From assembly GCA_964016885.1 (NCBI GenBank), contig OZ024741.1:203484001-203548000 (forward strand): DNA of 64,000 bases, in the 5' to 3' direction. Source of the DNA: Eledone cirrhosa (lineage: Eukaryota). Made by a program: the position numbers and the translations under genes. Below are positions 13,861-28,800 of this stretch, piece by piece (position 1 is the first letter of the stretch; every line of letters starts with the position of its first letter). A model generated the notes under the pieces. It saw only the letters and a program-made list of their open reading frames with translations. It ran no database searches and had not been told where the DNA came from.

Positions 13861-14096
13861 GGTATACATGTATCTATGTATGATAAGAGAATATATATAT
13901 ATATGTATATATATATATGTGTGTATATGTGTATGTGTGTGTATATGTGTATGTACATGTATGTGTGTACATGTATATATGTATGTATAAGTGTGTGTAT
14001 ATATGTATAAATATATATATATATATATGTTTGTGTGCGTGTATGTATGTATATGTATATGTTTATATCTATGTATGCTTATGTATGTTTTTAATG

Positions 14097-17000
14097 TTTA
14101 TCGTTTTCGGTGCGCCCGGCCGATTAACTCACTCGATATGCAAATTAGGCTGCTCAGCCGTTAATATGCATAAGGATAGTATATACTTTCAGACGTTCAA
14201 TCATCTGGCAGGAATGTATACGGTGCTGCCGATAGCTAATAAGCTTGAAACTAGTACATCGTTCCTTTGTCAGCGTTGAACAAAAGGGCAACGATGGTTG
14301 CTAAACACTGTACGGCTTAATTCGGGATGTTGGTTCACAAACAAACTGGGCATTATAATAAATGTTCGGTAAATCCATACGTACATATATATATGTGTGC
14401 ATGTATGTATATATATATACATACAACTGTACGTCTGTATACATATATGTATGTACGTATACATACTTATATTTAAGTAACAGCCATACTAACAATGAGA
14501 AATGAAATTTCGTTTCATTTTTTCCATTTATCGTTTTCGGTGCGCCCGGCATATTAACTCACTTCATATGCAAATTAGGCTGCTCAGCTGTTACTATGCA
14601 TAAGGAAAGTATATACTTTCAGACGTTCAATCATCTGGCAGGAATGTATACGGTGCTGCCGATAGCTAATAAGCTTGAAACTAGTACATCGTTCCTTTGT
14701 CAGTGTTGAACAAAAGGTCAACGATGGTTGCTAAACACTGTACGGCTTAATTCGGGATGTTCGTTTACAAACAAACCGAGCATTATAATAAATGTTCGGT
14801 AAATCCATACGTACATATATATATGTGTGCATGTATGTATATATATATACATACAACTGTACGTCTGTATACATATATGTATGTACGTATACATACTTAT
14901 ATTTAAGTAACAGCCATACTAACAATGAGAAATGAAATTTCGTTTCATTTTTTCCATTTATCGTTTTCGGTGCGCCCGGCATATTAACTCACTTCACATG
15001 CAAATTAAGCTGCTCAGCTGTTACTATGCATAAGGAAAGTATATACTTTCAGACGTTCAATCATCTGGCGGGAAGGTTTACGGTGCTGACGATAGCTAAG
15101 AAGCTTGAAACTAGTATATCGTTCCTTTGTCAGTGTTGAACAAAAGGCAACGATGGTTGCTAAACACTGTACGGCTTAATTCGGGATGTTTGTTTACAAA
15201 CAAACCGAGCATTATAATAAATGTTCGGTAAATCCATACGTACATATATATATGTGTGCATGTATGTATATATATATACATACTACTGTACGTCTGTATA
15301 CATATATGTATGTACGTATACATACTTATATTTAAGTAACAGCCGTACTAAGAGTGAGGAATGAAATTTCGTTTCACTTTTTCCATTTATCGTTATCGGT
15401 GCGCCCAGCCGATTAACTACCTTGATATGCAAATTAGACTGCTCAGAGTTACTATGCATAAGAAAATATATACTCTCAGACGTTCAATCATCTGGCAGGT
15501 AGGTATACGGTGCTGACGATAGCTAATAAGTTTGAAATTAGTACATCGTTCCTTTGTCAGTGTTGAACAAAAGGGCAATTATGGTTGCTAAACACTGTAC
15601 GGCTTAATTCGGGATGTTTGTTTACAAACAAATCGAGCATGATAATAAAGTTTCGGTAATTTCATTCGTACATATATATATATGTGTTCATGTATGTATA
15701 TATATATACATACAACTGTTCATCTGTATTGATATATTTATGTACATATACATACTTATATTTAAGTAACAGCCGTACTAAGAGGGAGAATGAATTTCGT
15801 TTCATTTTTTCCATTTATCGTTTTCGGTGGGCCGCCCGATTGACTCACTTGATATGCAAATTAGGCTGCTCAGAGTTACTATGCATAGGGAAAGTATATA
15901 CTTTCAGACGTTCAATCATCTGGCAGGAAGCTATACGGTGCTGCGATAGGTAATAAGCTTGAAACTAATACATTGTTCCTTTGTCAGTGTTGAACAAAAT
16001 GTCAACGATGGTTGCTCAACACTGTACGGCTTAATTCGGGATGTTTGTTTACAAACAAACCGATCATTAAAATAAATATTCGGTAAATCCATACGTACAT
16101 ATATATATATGTGTGCATGTTTGTATATATATACATACTACTGTACGTCTGTATACATATATGTATGTACGTATACATACTTATATTTAAGTAACAGCCG
16201 TTCTAAGAGTGAGAAAGAAATTTCGGTTCATTTTTTCCATTTATCGTTATGGGTGCACCCGGCCGATTAATTCACTCAGAAATGCAAATTAGGCTGCTCA
16301 GAGTTACTATGCATAAGGAAAGTATATACTTTCAGGCGTTCAATCACCTGGCAGGAAGGTATACGGTGCTGACGATAGCTAATAAGCTTGAAACTAGTAC
16401 ATCGTTCCTTTGTCAGTGTTGAACAAAAGGGCAACGATGGGTGCTAAACCCTGTACGGCTTAATTCCGGATGTTTGTTTACAAACAAACCGAGCATTATA
16501 ATAAATGATCGGTAAATCCATACATACATATATATATATATGTGTGCATGTATATATATATATACACATACTACTGTACGTCTGTATACATATATGTATG
16601 TACGTATACATACTTATATTTAAGTAACAGCTGTACTAAGAGTGAGAAATGAAATTTCGTTTCATTTTTTCCATTTATCGTTTTCGGTGCGCCCGGACGA
16701 TTAACTTTCTTGAAATGCAAATTAGGCTGCTCAGCCGTTAATATGCATAAGGAAATTATATACTTTCAGACGTTCAATCATCTGGCAGGAAGGTATACGG
16801 TGCTGACGATAGCTAATAAGCTTGAAACTAGTACATCGTTCCTTTGTCAGTGTTGAACAAAAGGGAAACTATGCTTGCTAAACACTGTACGGCTTAATTC
16901 GGGATGTTTGTTTACAAACAAACCCAGCATTATAATAAATGTTCGGTAAATCCATACATACATATATATATATATGTGTGCATGTATATATATATATACA

Positions 17001-20000
17001 CATACTACTGTACGTCTGTATACATATATGTATGTACGTATACATACTTATATTTAAGTAACAGCCGTACTAAGAGTGAGAAATGAAATTTCGTTTCATT
17101 TTTTCCATTTATCGTTTTCGGTGCGCCCGGCCGATTAACTTTCTTGAAATGCAAATTAGGCTGCTCAGCCGTTAATATGCATAAGGAAAGTATATACTTT
17201 CAGACGTTCAATCATCTGGCAGGAAGGTATACGGTGCTGACGATAGCTAATAAGCTTGAAACTAGTACATCGTTCCTTTGTCAGTGTTGAACAAAAGGGC
17301 AACTATGGTTGCTAAACACTGTACGGCTTAATTCGGGATGTTTGTTTACAAACAAACCCAGCATTATAATAAATTTTCGGTAATTCCATACGTACATATA
17401 TATATATGCATGTATGTATATATATATATACATACTACTGTACGTCTGTATACATATATGTATGTACGTATACATACTTATATTTAAGTAACAGCCGTAC
17501 TAAGAGGGAGAAAGGTTATTTCGTTTCATTTTTCCATTTATCGTTTTCGGTGGGACGGCCGATTTACTAACTTGATATGCAAATTAGGCTGATCAGAGTT
17601 ACTAATCATAAGGAAAGTATAAACTTTCAGACGTTCAATCATCTAGCAGGAAAGTATACGGTGCTGGCGATAGCTAATAAGCTTGAAACTAGTACATCGT
17701 TCCTTTGTCAGTGTTGAACACAAGGGCAACGATGGTTGCTAAACACTACGGATTAATTCGAGATGGTTATTTACAAACAAACGGAGCATTATAATAAATG
17801 TTCGGTAAATCAATAACGCACATATATATATGTGTGCATCTATGTATATATATACATACTACTGTACATCTGTATACATATATGTATGTACGTATACATA
17901 CTTATATTTAAGTAACAGCCGTACTAAGAGGGAGAAAAGAGATTTCGTTTCATTTTTTCCATTTATCGTTTTCGATGCGCCCGGCCGATTAACTCACTTG
18001 ATATGCAAAATAGGCTGCTCAGCCGTTAATATGCATAAGGAAAGTATATACTTTCAGACGTTCAATCATCTGGCAGGAATGTATACGGTACTGACGATAG
18101 CTAATAAGCTTGAAAATAGTACATTGTTCCTTTGTCAGTGTTGAACAAAAGGTCGACGATGGTTGCTAAACACTGTACGGCTTATTCGGGATGTTTGTTT
18201 ACAAACAAACCTAGCATTATAATAAATGTTCGGTAAATCCATACATACATATATATATGTGTGCATGTATGTATATATATACATACTACTGTACGTCTGT
18301 ATACATATATGTATGTACGTATACATACTTATATTTAAGTAACAGCCGTTCTAAGAGTGAGAATTGAAATTTCGTTTAATATTTTCCATTTATCGTTTTC
18401 GGTGCACCCGGACGATTAAATCACTTGATATGCAAATTAGGCTGCTAAGAGTTACTATGCATAAGAAAAGTATAAACTTTCACACGTTCAATCATGTGGC
18501 AGCAAGTTTTACGGTGCTGAAGATAGCTAATAATTTTGAATCTAGTACATCGTTCCTTTGTCAGTGTTGAACAAAAGAGCAACGATGGTTGCCAAACACT
18601 GTACGGCTTAATTCAGGTTGTTTGTTTACAAACAAACCGAGCATTATAATAAATGTACGGTAAATCCATACGTACATATATATATATGTGTGCATGTATG
18701 TATATATATACATACTACTGTACGTCTGTATATATATATGTATGTGCGTATAAATACTTATATTTAAGTAACAGCCGTACTAAGAATGAGAAGTGAAATT
18801 TCGTTTCATTGTTTCCATTTATCGTTTTCTGTTCGCGCGGGCGATTAACTCACTCGATCTGCAAGTTAGACTGCTCAGCCTTTAATATGCATAAGGAAAG
18901 AAAGTATAAACTTTCAGACGTTCAATCATCTGGCAGGAATGTATACGGTGCTGACGATAGCTAATAAGCTTGGAACTAGTAAATCGTTCCTTTGACAGTG
19001 TTGAACAAAAGGTTAACGATGGTTGCTAAACACTGTACAGCTTAATTTGGGATGTTTGTTTACAAACAAACCGAGCATTATAATAAATGTTCGGTAAATC
19101 CATACGTACATATATATATGTGTGCATGTTTCTATATATATACATACTACTGTACGTCTGTATATATATATGTATGTGCGTATATATACTTATATTTAAG
19201 TAACAGCCGTACTAAGAATGAGGAGTGAAATTTCGTTTCATTTTTTCCATTTATCGATCTCTGTGCGCCAGGCCGATTAACTCACCTGATATGCAAATTA
19301 GGCTGCTCAGCTGTTAATATGCATGAGGAAAGTATATATTTCAGACGTTCAATCATGTGGCAGGAAGGTATACGGTACTGACGATAGCTAATAAGCTTGA
19401 AACTAGTACATCGTTCATTTGTCAGTGTCGAACAAAAGGGCAACTAGGGTTGCTAAACACTGTACAGCTTAATTTGGGATGTTTGTTTACAAACAAACCG
19501 AGCATTATAATAAATGTGCGGTAATTCCATACGTACATATATATATATATGCATGTATGTATATATATACATACTACTGTACGTCTGTATACATATATGT
19601 ATGTACGTATACATACTTATATTTAAGTAACAGCCGTACTAAGAGGGAGAAAAGAGATTTCGTTTCATTTTTTCCATTTATCGTTTTCGATGCGCCCGGC
19701 CGATTAACTCACTTGATATGCAAATTAGGCTGCTCAGCCATTAATATGCATAAGGAAAGTATATACTTTCAGACGTTCAATCATCTGGCAGGAAGGTTTA
19801 CGTTGCTGACGATAGCTAATAAGCTTGAAAATAGTACATTGTTCCTTTGTCAGTGTTGAACAAAAGGTCGACGATGGTTGCTAAACACTGTACGGCTTAA
19901 TTCGGGATGTTTGTTTACAAAAAAACCTAGCATTATAATAAATGTTCGGTAAATCCATACATACATATATATATGTGTGCATGTATGTATATATATACAT

Positions 20001-23000
20001 ACTACTGTACGTCTGTATACATATATGTATGTACGTATACATACTTATATTTAAGTAACAGCCGTTCTAAGAGTGAGAATTGAAATTTCGTTTAATATTT
20101 TCCATTTATCGTTTTCGGTGCACCCGGACGATTAAATCACTTGATATGCAAATTAGGCTGCTAAGAGTTACTATGCATAAGAAAAGTATAAACTTTCACA
20201 CGTTCAATCATGTGGCAGCAAGTTTTACGGTGCTGAAGATAGCTAATAATTTTGAATCTAGTACATCGTTCCTTTGTCAGTGTTGAACAAAAGAGCAACG
20301 ATGGTTGCCAAACACTGTACGGCTTAATTCAGGTTGTTTGTTTACAAACAAACCGAGCATTATAATAAATGTACGGTAAATCCATACGTACATATATATA
20401 TATGTGTGCATGTATGTATATATATACATACTACTGTACGTCTGTATATATATATGTATGTGCGTATAAATACTTATATTTAAGTAACAGCCGTACTAAG
20501 AATGAGAAGTGAAATTTCGTTTCATTGTTTCCATTTATCGTTTTCTGTTCGCGCGGGCGATTAACTCACTCGATCTGCAAGTTAGACTGCTCAGCCTTTA
20601 ATATGCATAAGGAAAGAAAGTATAAACTTTCAGACGTTCAATCATCTGGCAGGAATGTATACGGTGCTGACGATAGCTAATAAGCTTGGAACTAGTAAAT
20701 CGTTCCTTTGACAGTGTTGAACAAAAGGTTAACGATGGTTGCTAAACACTGTACAGCTTAATTTGGGATGTTTGTTTACAAACAAACCGAGCATTATAAT
20801 AAATGTTCGGTAAATCCATACGTACATATATATATGTGTGCATGTTTCTATATATATACATACTACTGTACGTCTGTATATATATATGTATGTGCGTATA
20901 TATACTTATATTTAAGTAACAGCCGTACTAAGAATGAGGAGTGAAATTTCGTTTCATTTTTTCCATTTATCGATCTCTGTGCGCCAGGCCGATTAACTCA
21001 CCTGATATGCAAATTAGGCTGCTCAGCTGTTAATATGCATGAGGAAAGTATATATTTCAGACGTTCAATCATGTGGCAGGAAGGTATACGGTACTGACGA
21101 TAGCTAATAAGCTTGAAACTAGTACATCGTTCATTTGTCAGTGTCGAACAAAAGGGCAACTAGGGTTGCTAAACACTGTACAGCTTAATTTGGGATGTTT
21201 GTTTACAAACAAACCGAGCATTATAATAAATGTGCGGTAATTCCATACGTACATATATATATATATGCATGTATGTATATATATACATACTACTGTACGT
21301 CTGTATACATATATGTATGTACGTATACATACTTATATTTAAGTAACAGCCGTACTAAGAGGGAGAAAAGAGATTTCGTTTCATTTTTTCCATTTATCGT
21401 TTTCGATGCGCCCGGCCGATTAACTCACTTGATATGCAAATTAGGCTGCTCAGCCATTAATATGCATAAGGAAAGTATATACTTTCAGACGTTCAATCAT
21501 CTGGCCGGAGGGTGCACTGTGCTGTCGATAGCTAATAAGCTTGACACTAGTACATCGTTCCGTTGTCAGTGTTGAACCAAAGAGCAACGAAGGTTGCTAA
21601 ACACTGTACGGCTTGATTCGGGATCTTTGTTTACAAACAAACCGAGCATTATAATAATGGTTCGGTAAATCCATACGTACATATATATACGCGTGCATGT
21701 ATGTATATATACACATACTACTGTACATCTGTATACATATATATATGTACGTATACATACTTATATTTAAGTAACAGCCGTATTAAGGATGAGAAATGAA
21801 ATTTCGTTTCATTTTTTCCATTTATCATTTTCGGTGAGATCGGCCTATTACCTCACTCGATATGTAAATTAGGCTGCTCAGCCGTTAACATGCACAAGGA
21901 AAGAAAGTATATACTTTCAGACTTTCAATCATCTGGCAGGAAGATGCAACGTGCTGACAATAGCTAATAAGATTGAAACTAGTACATCGTTCCTTTGTCA
22001 GTGTTGAAAAAAAGGGCAACGCTCGTAGTAAAACACTGTACGGCTTAATTCGGGATGTTTGTTCACAAACAAACCTTGCACTATAATAAATGTTCGGTAA
22101 ATCCATACGTACATATATATATATATGTGTGCATGTATGTATATATATACATACTACTGTACGTCTATATATATATGTATGTACGTATACATAGTTATAT
22201 TTAAGTAACAGCCGTACTAAGTGTGAGAAATGAAATTTCGTTTCATTTTTCCATTCATCGTTTTCTGTGCACCCGGCCGATTAACGCCCTCGATATGCAA
22301 ATTAGGCTGCTCAGCCGTTAATATGCATGAGAAAAGTATATACTTTCAGACGGTCAATCATCTGGCAGGAAGGTATACGATGCTGACGATAGCTAATAAG
22401 CTTGAAACTAGTACATCGTTCCTTTGTCAGTGTTGGACAAAAAGGCAACGATGGTTGCTAAACACTGTACGGCTTAATTCGGGATGTTTGTTTACAAACA
22501 AACCAAGCATTATAATAAATGTTCGGTAAATCCATACCTACATATATATATATGTGTGCATGTACGTATATATATACATACTTCTGTACGTCTGTATACA
22601 TATATGTATGTACGTATACATACTTATATGTATTTAACAGCCGTACTAAGAATGAGAATTGAAATTTCGTTTCATTTTTTCCATTTATCGTTTAGGGTGC
22701 GTCCGGCCGATTAACTCACATGATATGCAAACTAGGCTGCTCAGCCATTAATATGCATAAGGAAAGTATATACTTTCAGACGTTCAACCATCTGCCAGGA
22801 AGGTACACCGTGCCGATGATAGCAAATATGCTTGAAACTTTTACGTCGTTCCTTTGTCAATGTTGAACAAAAGGGCAACGATGGGTGCTAAACACTGTAC
22901 TGCTTAATTCAGGATGTTTGTTAACAAACAAACCGAGCATTATAATAAATGTTCGGTAAATCCATACGTACATATATATATATATGTGTGCATGTATGTA

Positions 23001-25844
23001 TATATATACATACTACTGTACGTCTATATATATATGTATGTACGTATACATACTTATATTTAAGTAACAGCCGTATTAAGGATGAGAAATGAAATTTCGT
23101 TTCATTTTTTCCATTTATCATTTTCGGTGAGATCGGCCTATTACCTCACTCGATATGTAAATTAGGCTGCTCAGCCGTTAACATGCACAAGGAAAGAAAG
23201 TATATACTTTCAGACTTTCAATCATCTGGCAGGAAGATGCAACGTGCTGACAATAGCTAATAAGATTGAAACTAGTACATCGTTCCTTTGTCAGTGTTGA
23301 AAAAAAGGGCAACGCTCGTAGTAAAACACTGTACAGCTTAATTCGGGATGTTTGTTCACAAACAAACCGTGCACTATAATAAATGTTCGGTAAATCCATA
23401 CGTACATATATATATATATGTGTGCATGTATGTATATATATACATACTACTGTACCTCTATATATATATATGTATGTACGTATACATAGTTATATTTAAG
23501 TAACAGCCGTACTAAGTGTGAGAAATGAAATTTCGTTTCATTTTTCCATTCATCGTTTTCTGTGCACCCGGCCGATTAACGCCCTCGATATGCAAATTAG
23601 GCTGCTCAGCCGTTAATATGCATGAGAAAAGTATATACTTTCAGACGGTCAATCATCTGGCAGGAAGGTATACGATGCTGACGATAGCTAATAAGCTTGA
23701 AACTAGTACATCGTTCCTTTGTCAGTGTTGGACAAAAAGGCAACGATGGTTGCTAAACACTGTACGGCTTAATTCGGGATGTTTGTTTACAAACAAACCA
23801 AGCATTATAATAAATGTTCGGTAAATCCATACCTACATATATATATATGTGTGCATGTACGTATATATATACATACTTCTGTACGTCTGTATACATATAT
23901 GTATGTACGTATACATACTTATATGTATTTAACAGCCGTACTAAGAATGAGAATTGAAATTTCGTTTCATTTTTTCCATTTATCGTTTAGGGTGCGTCCG
24001 GCCGATTAACTCACATGATATGCAAACTAGGCTGCTCAGCCATTAATATGCATAAGGAAAGTATATACTTTCAGACGTTCAACCATCTGCCAGGAAGGTA
24101 CACCGTGCCGATGATAGCAAATATGCTTGAAACTTTTACATCGTTCCTTTGTCAATGTTGAACAAAAGGGCAACGATGGGTGCTAAACACTGTACGGCTT
24201 AATTCAGGATGTTTGTTAACAAACAAACCGAGCATTATAATAAATGTTCGGTAAATCCATACGTACATATATATATATATATGTGTGCATGTATGTATAT
24301 ATATACATACTACTGTACGTCTATATATATATGTATGTACGTATACATAGTTATATTTAAGTAACAGCCGTACTAAGTGTGAGAAATGAAATTTCGTTTC
24401 ATTTTTCCATTCATCGTTTTCTGTGCACCCGGCCGATTAACGCCCTCGATATGCAAATTAGGCTGCTCAGCCGTTAATATGCATGAGAAAAGTATATACT
24501 TTCAGACGGTCAATCATCTGGCAGGAAGGTATACGATGCTGACGATAGCTAATAAGCTTGAAACTAGTACACCGTTCCTTTGTCAGTGTTGGACAAAAGG
24601 GCAACGATGGTTGCTAAAAAGTGTACGGCTTAATTCGGGATGTTTGTTTACAAACAAACCAACTACTATAATAAATTTTCGGTAACTCCATACGTACATA
24701 TATATATATATGTGTGTATGTATGTATATATAAGTCTGTATACATATATGTATGTACGTATACATACTTATATTTAAGTAACAGCCGTACTAAGAGTGAG
24801 AAATGAAATTTCGTTTCATTTTTTCCATTTATCGTTATCGGTGTGCCCGGCCGATTAACTTTCTTGAAATGCAAATTAGGCTGCTCAGCCGTTAATATGC
24901 ATAAGGAAACAAAGTATAAATTTTCAGACGTTCAATCCTCTGGTAGAAAGGTATACTGTGTTGACGATAGCTAAAAAGCTTGAAACTAGTACATCATTCC
25001 TTTGTCAGTGTTGGACAAATGGGCAACGATGATTGCTAAACACTGTACGGCTTAATTCGGGATGATGTTTACAAACAAACCCAGCATTATAATATATATA
25101 CGTACATATATATATAAGTGTGCATGTATGTATTTATATACATACTACTTTACGTCTGTATACATATATGTACGTATACATACTTATATTTAAGTAACAG
25201 CCGTACTAAGAGTGAGAAATGAAATTTCGATAAATTTTTTCCATTTATCATTCTCGGTGCGTCCGGCCAATTAACTCGCTCGATATGCAAATTAGGCTGC
25301 TCAGCCGTTAATATGCATAAGGAAAGAAAGTATTAAATTTCAGACTTTCAATCATCTGATGGTTATTCACAAACAAACCGAGTATTATAATAAATGTTCG
25401 CTAAATCCATACGTACATATATGTACGTGTGAATGTATGTATATATATACATACTATTGTACGTCTGTATATATATATTTATGTACGTATACATACTTAT
25501 ATTTAAGTAACAGCTGTACTATGAGTGAGAAATTAAATTTCGTTTCATTTTTTCCATTTATTGTTTTCGGTGCGCCCGGCCAATTAACTCACTCGATATG
25601 CAAACTAGGCTGCTCAGCCGATAATATGCATAAGGAAAGAAAGTATAAACTTTCAGACCTTCAATCATCTGGCAGGACGGTATACGGTGCTGACGATAGG
25701 TAATAAGCATGAAACTAATATATCGTTCCTTTGTCAGTGTTGGACAAAAGAGAAACGATGGCTGCTAAACACTGTACGGCTTAATTCGGGGTGTTTGTTG
25801 ACAAACTAACCCAGCATTATAATAAATGTTCGGTAAATCCATAC

Positions 25845-25881
<37 letters not shown>

Positions 25882-28800
25882 TGTTCATGTATGTATATAT
25901 ATACATACTATTGTACGTCTGTATATATATATGTATGTACGTATACATACTTACATTTAAGTAACAGCCGTACTAAGAGTGAGAAATGAAATTTCGTTTC
26001 ATTATTTCCATTTACCGTTTTCGGTGCGCCCGGCCGATTAAGTCACTCGATATGCAAACTAGGCTGCTCAGCCGTTAATATGCATAAGGAAAGAAAGTAT
26101 AAACTTTCAGACGTTCAATCATCTGGCAGGAAGGTATACGGTGCTGACGATAGCTAATAAGCTTGAAACTAGTACATCGTTCCTTTGTCAGTTTTGAACA
26201 AAATGGCAACGATAGTTGCTAAACACTGTACGGCTTAATTTGGGATGTTTGTTTACAAACAAACCCAGCATTATAATAAATGTTCGGTAAATCCATACGT
26301 ACATATATATATATATGTGTGCATGTATGTATATATATATACATACTACTGCACGTCTGTATACATATATGTATGTATGTATACATACTTATATTTATGT
26401 AACAGCCGTACTAAGAGTGAGAATTGAAAATTCGTTTCATTTTTTCCATTTATTGTTTCGGGTCGCCCGGCCGATTAACTGACTCGAAATGCAAATTAGG
26501 CTGCTCAGCCGTTAATATGCATAAGGAAAGTATATATCTTCAGACGTTCAATCATCTGGCAGGAAGATACACCGTGCTGACGATAGCTAATACGATTTAA
26601 ACTAGTACATCCTTCCTTTATAAATATTCAACAAAAGGGCAACGATGGTTGCTAAACACTGTACAGCTTAATTCGGGATGGTTGTTCACAAACAAACCGA
26701 GCATTATAATAAATGTTCGTTAAATCCATACATACATATATATATGTGTGCATGTATGTATATATATACTACTACTGTACGTCTGTATATATATATGTAT
26801 GTACGTATACATACTTATATTTAAGTAACAGCCGTACTAAGTGTGAGAAATGAAATTCGTTTTATTTTTTCCATTTATACTTTTCGGTGCGTTGGCCGAT
26901 TAACTCACTCTACATGCAAATTAGGCTGCTCAGCCGTTAATATGCATAAGGAAAGTATATATTTTCAGACGTTCAATCATCTGGCAGGAAGATACACCGT
27001 GCTGACGATAGCAAATAAGTTTGAAACTAGTACGTCGTTCATTTGTCAGTGTTGAAAAAAAGGGCAACGCTCGTAGTAAAACACTGTACGGCTTAATTCG
27101 GGATGTTTGTTCACAAACAAACCGTGCACTATAATAAATGTTCGGTAAATCCATACGTACATATATATATATATGTGTGCATGTATGTATATATATACAT
27201 ACTACTGTACGTCTATATATATATGTATGTACGTATACATAGTTATATTTAAGTAACAGCCGTACTAAGTGTGAGAAATGAAATTTCGTTTCATTTTTCC
27301 ATTCATCGTTTTCTGTGCACCCGGCCGATTAACGCCCTCGATATGCAAATTAGGCTGCTCAGCCGTTAATATGCATGAGAAAAGTATATACTTTCAGACG
27401 GTCAATCATCTGGCAGGAAGGTATACGATGCTGACGATAGCTAATAAGCTTGAAACTAGTACATCGTTCCTTTGTCAGTGTTGGACAAAAAGGCAACGAT
27501 GGTTGCTAAACACTGTACGGCTTAATTCGGGATGTTTGTTTACAAACAAACCAAGCATTATAATAAATGTTCGGTAAATCCATACCTACATATATATATA
27601 TGTGTGCATGTACGTATATATATACATACTTCTGTACGTCTGTATACATATATGTATGTACGTATACATACTTATATGTATTTAACAGCCGTACTAAGAA
27701 TGAGAATTGAAATTTCGTTTCATTTTTTCCATTTATCGTTTAGGGTGCGTCCGGCCGATTAACTCACATGATATGCAAACTAGGCTGCTCAGCCATTAAT
27801 ATGCATAAGGAAAGTATATACTTTCAGACGTTCAACCATCTGCCAGGAAGGTACACCGTGCCGATGATAGCAAATATGCTTGAAACTTTTACGTCGTTCC
27901 TTTGTCAATGTTGAACAAAAGGGCAACGATGGGTGCTAAACACTGTACTGCTTAATTCAGGATGTTTGTTAACAAACAAACCGAGCATTATAATAAATGT
28001 TCGGTAAATCCATACGTACATATATATATATATATGTGTGCATGTATGTATATATATACATACTACTGTACGTCTATATATATATGTATGTACGTATACA
28101 TACTTATATTTAAGTAACAGCCGTATTAAGGATGAGAAATGAAATTTCGTTTCATTTTTTCCATTTATCATTTTCGGTGAGATCGGCCTATTACCTCACT
28201 CGATATGTAAATTAGGCTGCTCAGCCGTTAACATGCACAAGGAAAGAAAGTATATACTTTCAGACTTTCAATCATCTGGCAGGAAGATGCAACGTGCTGA
28301 CAATAGTTAATAAGATTGAAACTAGTACATCGTTCCTTTGTCAGTGTTGAAAAAAAGGGCAACGCTCGTAGTAAAACACTGTACGGCTTAATTCGTGATG
28401 TTTGTTCACAAACAAACCGTGCACTATAATAAATGTTCGGTAAATCCATACGTACATATATATATATATGTGTGCATGTATGTATTTATATACATACTAC
28501 TGTACGTCTATATATATATGTATGTACGTATACATAGTTATATTTAAGTAACAGCCGTACTAAGTGTGAGAAATGAAATTTCGTTCATTTTTCCATTCAT
28601 CGTTTTCTGTGCACCCGGCCGATTAACGCCCTCGATATGCAAATTAGGCTGCTCAGCCGTTAATATGCATGAGAAAAGTATATACTTTCAGACGGTCAAT
28701 CATCTGGCAGGAAGGTATACGATGCTGACGATAGCTAATAAGCTTGAAACTAGTACATCGTTCCTTTGTCAGTGTTGGACAAAAAGGCAACGATGGTTGC

